Source: Pseudobdellovibrionaceae bacterium
Lineage (GTDB): Bacteria > Bdellovibrionota > Bdellovibrionia > Bdellovibrionales > Bdellovibrionaceae
Assembly (NCBI GenBank): GCA_041288045.1
Contig: JBGGMM010000242.1
Span: forward strand, 1-12,001
Reading direction: 5' to 3'
DNA length: 12,001 bases
Below are positions 8,417-12,001 of this stretch, in pieces. The translations under genes were made by a program, and so were the position numbers. A model generated the notes under the pieces. It was not told where the DNA came from, did no database searches, and saw nothing but the letters and a program-made list of their open reading frames with translations. Each line of letters begins with the position of its first letter. The stretch's first letter is position 1.

Positions 8417-9293
8417 AAATTCAGCTCTGAAATCTTTAGGCCAAGAAGCCAAACTGCCAGCGGCCCTTTCCATCGCTTTTTACAATAACACGAAAGTTCT
8501 CGATCTGACCCTGGCGGGAGTCAGCCGGCAGACATTGAAAAATTTTGAGCTCATCATTTGCGACGATGGCTCCAAACCAGAAGCTGTCGAGCACGTGCAA
8601 AAAGCTCTCGAATCCCTGGACATCCCAGCCATGCACCTCTGGCACGAGGACATTGGCTTTCGCAAAAACCGAATGCTCAATTGGGGGATCCACCACTGCC
8701 ACAGTGATTACATGATTTTCATCGATCAAGACTGCATCCCACATCCCCAATTTGTCCGCGAGCATTCAGAAAACCGCCGGTCTCACAGCGTGCTATGTGG
8801 AAGGCGCATGGATTTCACGCCTTGGGTTTCCAGAATGCTGACTCCAGAAAAAATTCGCGCTGGCTTTATTGAAAACAACTTGTGGTGGATGATCCCCGCA
8901 GGCTTTTACATGAAGGACAACAACGGCGGTAAGGGAATTTATTTTCAAAACCCTTTCTTCAGAAAGCTCGCCAACAAAAAACACCGGGGCATCGTCGGAT
9001 GCAATTTCTCAGTCCACCGCCAGGACCTGCTGGACATCAACGGCTTCGACTGGCGCTACGAAGGAGCCGGCACCGGCGAAGACTCGGATATCGAATACCG
9101 AATGAAACTGCTGGGAGTGCAGATGCTTCCCTTCTGCAACACGGCTGTGCAGTATCATGTTTTTCATAAACTGCTGAAGCGCCCTTCATTGAACGAAAGC
9201 ATTTTCGCTGAAGTGCAGGCAGAGAAGAAAGCGGTCACGGACCACGGTCTGCGGCAGCAGCTTGAGGAATCTTCGCAGTCGATTGTGATCTAG
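8400..9293 (+). CDS. Glycosyltransferase family 2 with galactosyltransferase-like C-terminal domain
   Basis: FYN, QT..NFELIICDDGS, DxD motif FIDQD, GCNFS, INGFD..YEG.G.GEDSD. Overlaps the MFS gene by 17 nt. Confidence 0.9.
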   Translation: MLKIFRNSALKSLGQEAKLPAALSIAFYNNTKVLDLTLAGVSRQTLKNFELIICDDGSKPEAVEHVQKALESLDIPAMHLWHEDIGFRKNRMLNWGIHHCHSDYMIFIDQDCIPHPQFVREHSENRRSHSVLCGRRMDFTPWVSRMLTPEKIRAGFIENNLWWMIPAGFYMKDNNGGKGIYFQNPFFRKLANKKHRGIVGCNFSVHRQDLLDINGFDWRYEGAGTGEDSDIEYRMKLLGVQMLPFCNTAVQYHVFHKLLKRPSLNESIFAEVQAEKKAVTDHGLRQQLEESSQSIVI

Positions 9294-9333
9294 AACACCA
9301 AACCAGGCCTATCACTAAGTTCATCAGAGCGAA

Positions 9334-9662
9334 TTCCTCCCCTCCTCATCCCTGAGGTTTTCTGGAAACTCGCCAAAGGCGAGCCCCGAAGGGGTGAGGC
9401 CGTGGAGGGCCGAATTTCCAGAAAAGACGGACACGGATGTTCACGATCAGGCGAAGACACGGGCTTCGCACACCACTTGGGTAAATGACTTCCCGGAGAC
9501 CTTTCATCCACGATGTTGTCCGTTGGTATGGCGTACCGACGGACAACATCGTGGATGGAGGTCTCGAGCACAGCGGTACCGATGATAAACGTGAGGGTGT
9601 CCGTCCATGCGAAGGCTCCCAGACGGCCGTCCGGGCCGTCTGGCAAGTTTTAGGAGGAGGAG
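9334..9662 (+). other. ~330-nt GC-rich multi-branched palindromic element (candidate structured ncRNA or ssDNA/REPIN-like element)
   Basis: Nested inverted repeats: 9334-9346/9652-9662, 9358-9368/9415-9425, 9426-9434/9597-9605, 9451-9456/9464-9469, 9496-9528/9534-9565 and 9619-9628/9634-9643. Non-canonical pairs are G-T on the + strand. Hand count gives about 58% GC versus about 35% in 9671-9890. Confidence 0.8.
9496..9565. repeat. Long inverted repeat forming a 32-bp hairpin
   Basis: GAGACCTTTCATCCACGATGTTGTCCGTTGGTA, loop TGGCG, TACCGACGGACAACATCGTGGATGGAGGTCTC. Contains two T-G pairs and a single-base bulge. Confidence 0.95.
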
Positions 9663-9667
9663 CGGAA

Positions 9668-9696
9668 AAAAACGAACGACGTTTTTAAAATTTTTT
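9668..9696 (+). terminator. Weak terminator-like hairpin at the 3' edge of the structured element
   Basis: AAAAACG-AACGA-CGTTTTT (9668-9686) followed by AAAATTTTTT. The stem is AT-rich and weak. Confidence 0.25.
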
Positions 9697-9892
9697 GTGG
9701 AAAAAGTTTGACATGATTTTTCGCTCTCTCCTCTTGGCTAAGAAAGCAGATTTTTGTGATTTTGGATTTTCTGGAGTTTTCTTTGCGATCACTCTGGGGC
9801 GAAGGTCTTATGGCTTTTACGATTTTGTTTTTAAGCCACTCTCTTACTCTTTAAAAATGCTCTGAAAAAACTCGTGTTAGAACTCTTTCACT

Positions 9893-10426
9893 ATGAAACA
9901 AAAAATCGACTCCAAGATGAAAAACATGAAATCATTCGGTGGGGAGCTTCTGAAGGGAAAAAGAAAAGCAAAAAGGCCGCTTTCTACGAAGCAGCCATTG
10001 CATCTCATTTTGAAGTCTTGTGAGAAGTTAGTTTTTGTGCCTACCAATCTCTCTTTGGAAAAGTTGATTCACAGTCAGGCTCAGAAATTTAATTTGAAAA
10101 TTTACGAGCTCGCCATTAACTGGTCGCATATTCATCTTATCATCAAGATTAAAGAGCGAGAGAACTACAATCAATTCATCAGATCTCTTTGTTCGATTCT
10201 GACTGCAAAAATCAGAGCGCAAAGACCTCACTTGAAAACGCTTTTTGTCCTTCGCCCCTTTACTCGTATCATTTCATGGGGGCGGGATTTTAAATCTGTG
10301 GTGAATTACCTAATTCTCAATCAGATGGAAGCTCAAGGTCTTATCTTTAGACCAAAAACAAAGCCTCAGCCTAAGATAAGCTCGATCACCTTCAAAGTCA
10401 GGAAGGATAGGCTTGTAGACAATTAA
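9893..10426 (+). CDS. HUH/Y1 tyrosine transposase (IS200/IS605 TnpA fold), RAYT-like
   Basis: H79-I-H81 HUH motif in a beta-strand context (INWSHIHLII), upstream PLHLILK strand, LF..RPFTRII, and catalytic Y139 in Y-x3-N (YLILNQ). 177 aa, with no tnpB next to it. Confidence 0.8.
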   Translation: MKQKIDSKMKNMKSFGGELLKGKRKAKRPLSTKQPLHLILKSCEKLVFVPTNLSLEKLIHSQAQKFNLKIYELAINWSHIHLIIKIKERENYNQFIRSLCSILTAKIRAQRPHLKTLFVLRPFTRIISWGRDFKSVVNYLILNQMEAQGLIFRPKTKPQPKISSITFKVRKDRLVDN

Positions 10427-10487
10427 GGAACGAAGTCACAAATGCCTAAGTTTTGATATTTATTTGGCGGCTCGAAAACCAGGGTTA

Positions 10488-10790
10488 TTATACGCTGTAC
10501 TGGAAAAAATAGTATGTCGAATAAACTGCAAACATCCAAAATACAGAAATCAAAATGCTGAAGAAAGCGGAGACCCGTTCAGATTTTTCTTTAAACGCCT
10601 TCAGCGCAAAGAAAAATCCTAGGATGCTCATCCAGGGGGCGACGACAAATGGCCAATGGAAATTAAGTCCATGCATTGGAGGACTCGGCGACTCGTTGAT
10701 TTTGCGATAAACACAGAGGCCAATAACACCTATGGCCAGAGTCGTTAAATTTATTAAAAGACCCCAACGTCCCGAGTGTCTAATTTGCAT
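10488..10790 (-). CDS. Small hypothetical membrane protein (about 3 TM segments)
   Basis: 100-aa ORF with three hydrophobic stretches separated by charged loops. It fills the gap between neighbouring genes. Confidence 0.55.
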   Translation of the reverse strand: MQIRHSGRWGLLINLTTLAIGVIGLCVYRKINESPSPPMHGLNFHWPFVVAPWMSILGFFFALKAFKEKSERVSAFFSILISVFWMFAVYSTYYFFQYSV

Positions 10791-10838
10791 ATTCTAATTT
10801 TGAAAGGCTCCTAGGATACGGTCAATAAGGAAATCCAA

Positions 10839-11654
10839 TTGGCAGATTCGTGGAATTCAGCAAGTTGGATTTTATTTGATCTGACCGTTTCTCTTGAAGT
10901 TGAGGCCCACGGCCGAGGTGCTGTTTCAAAACTGGCAGAAGCCGCAGGGTGCGATCGCACTTATCTCTCCCAATGCTTAAGCACCAAAGTGCAGCCGACA
11001 CCTGATCATGTCCTCGGGATTGGCCAATATCTGAACCTTTCTGAAAGTGAGTCTGATTACTTTTTACTTTTGCTTCTTCATGAGAGATCGGCTTCGAAAA
11101 AGTCTCAGCTTCTCATGGAAAAGAAAATGAAGATTCTTTCGGAAGCCGATCTCATTTTAAGCAAAAAAATAGCTCAAAAAGCAGAATCCAACGAACTCAC
11201 CGAGACTGAAAAATCGATCTACTATTCTCATTGGAAGTACGCCGCCACTCACGCTTTGACGAGCATCAAAGAGTTTCAAACAGTTCCTGCCATCGCCAAG
11301 CGCACAAAACTCACTGACACAGAAATTTCAAATGCACTAAAGGATCTTAAAAATATGGGACTGGTATTGTTTCAAGCTGGAAGTTGGGTGCATTCAGGAA
11401 AAAGCATCCACATCTCATCAGGCTCTTCCCACACCTCTCAGAACCATACGAATTGGCGACTCAAGTCGATTGAAAACGTCAATAGTCAAAATGCTGTCCA
11501 TTACACGACATTGTTTTCACTCTCTAAAAAGGATTGGCAAATCCTGAGGGAGCAGCTCTTAAGGTTTATCGAAACTCAAATGGATTTCATTCACGCTTCA
11601 GGGACAGAAGAACTCTATTGTTTCTGTTGTGACTTGTTTAAGCCTCTTGAGTGA
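10839..11654 (+). CDS. TIGR02147/DUF4423-like protein with N-terminal XRE-type HTH
   Basis: GRG..SKLAEAAGC..TYLSQ HTH, E..YF..L, YYSHW.Y.A.H, a winged-helix-like IAKRTKL...EI..AL..L...GL, H.NWR.KS, HYT..FSLS..D and a C-terminal C.D.F. TTG start follows AAGGA. The start is uncertain. Confidence 0.75.
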   Translation: MADSWNSASWILFDLTVSLEVEAHGRGAVSKLAEAAGCDRTYLSQCLSTKVQPTPDHVLGIGQYLNLSESESDYFLLLLLHERSASKKSQLLMEKKMKILSEADLILSKKIAQKAESNELTETEKSIYYSHWKYAATHALTSIKEFQTVPAIAKRTKLTDTEISNALKDLKNMGLVLFQAGSWVHSGKSIHISSGSSHTSQNHTNWRLKSIENVNSQNAVHYTTLFSLSKKDWQILREQLLRFIETQMDFIHASGTEELYCFCCDLFKPLE

Positions 11655-11715
11655 ACTTTTTACCGTTTGGTACCAGTTCCTGTCTTTGGGAATACAGTCA
11701 AGAAATCAAGTGATT

Positions 11716-12000
11716 CTAATCGATTCCCAAAACACTTTTCATCTGCTCATCAGGCTTTCGATCCCCAGCGCGAAATTCCATAATCTTTTTTCTTGTCTGA
11801 TTAAAAAAATAACTTAAATGCACGAGTGTTCCGAATCGCTCTGATACTTCAATTGCACTTATGACAAACCCAGCTTTGAGCTTTGGAATGATAATAGAAT
11901 TATTGGTGGTTGTATGGCGGGACAAAACAATTTGAAATCCTAGGTTTTGAACTCGCTTCAATACTTCGTGCATTAAAGCTGTGTAAAGACCTTTCCGCCG
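11716..12000 (-). CDS. GNAT-family N-acetyltransferase, 3' part (5' end outside the window)
   Basis: The frame stays open upstream of the listed ATG 11973 to the window edge, reading RRKGLYTALMHEVL, which is motif A-like. It continues to N...IPKLKAGF, which is motif B-like. Confidence 0.7.
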   Translation of the reverse strand, partial: RRKGLYTALMHEVLKRVQNLGFQIVLSRHTTTNNSIIIPKLKAGFVISAIEVSERFGTLVHLSYFFNQTRKKIMEFRAGDRKPDEQMKSVLGID

Positions 12001-12001
12001 A

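Noticed and set aside
597..8984. Numerous short alternative-frame and antisense ORFs in the ORF track
   Set aside because: They lie within well-supported genes and show no motifs, so they are treated as shadow ORFs.
9305..9330. Hammerhead-like CTGATGA on the minus strand (9327-9321)
   Set aside because: Followed by only a 2-bp stem and GATA rather than GAAA, with no convincing stems I and III.
9391..9415. TGA-stem-GAA resembling a hammerhead core, and a tRNA-like cloverleaf
   Set aside because: Lacks CUGAUGA. Arm and loop sizes do not fit a tRNA, and there is no TTCGA T-loop arrangement.
9426..9643. CRISPR array
   Set aside because: Repeats are short and inverted with irregular spacing. 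There are no direct repeat-spacer units or cas genes.
9290..9688. ORFs across the structured element (118 aa on -, plus 63-67 aa ORFs)
   Set aside because: No recognisable motifs. They are explained by GC-rich palindromic sequence with few stop codons.
9696..9704. TGTGGAAAA, a relaxed DnaA-box match on the minus strand
   Set aside because: A single degenerate match in AT-rich DNA is expected by chance.
9708..9740. Perfect TTGACA -35 upstream of the Y1 gene
   Set aside because: No plausible -10 hexamer at 16-18 nt spacing.
10400..10490. IS200-type right-end hairpin or REP downstream of the Y1 gene
   Set aside because: Only a trivial TTGT-AG-ACAA dyad is present. Nothing matches the upstream element, so IS ends cannot be defined.
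11629..11817. 62-aa + strand ORF
   Set aside because: It overlaps both the TIGR02147-like gene end and the antisense GNAT gene, with no supporting features.

Overview
Bacterial chromosomal window, probably Bdellovibrionota (inferred from an orphan FliG-C-like gene, a TIGR02147-like HTH gene and the style of the Y1 transposase and GNAT). Positions 1-9293 look like core genome: comEC split into membrane and metallo-beta-lactamase genes, a minus-strand class 3 asparaginase-lpxC-ald run, a small lipoprotein, a FliG-C-like gene behind a sigma28-like promoter, and an overlapping EEP phosphoesterase-MFS/GPH transporter-GT2 operon. After the GT2 stop lies a non-coding, GC-rich ~330-nt element (9334-9662) made largely of nested inverted repeats, including a four-way junction and a 32-bp hairpin. 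It is followed by an AT-rich spacer and a stand-alone RAYT-like HUH/Y1 transposase, then a small membrane protein, a TIGR02147-like regulator and a partial GNAT. The structured element plus the Y1 nuclease is the best candidate for an undescribed system. All calls come from motif reading; no searches were run.
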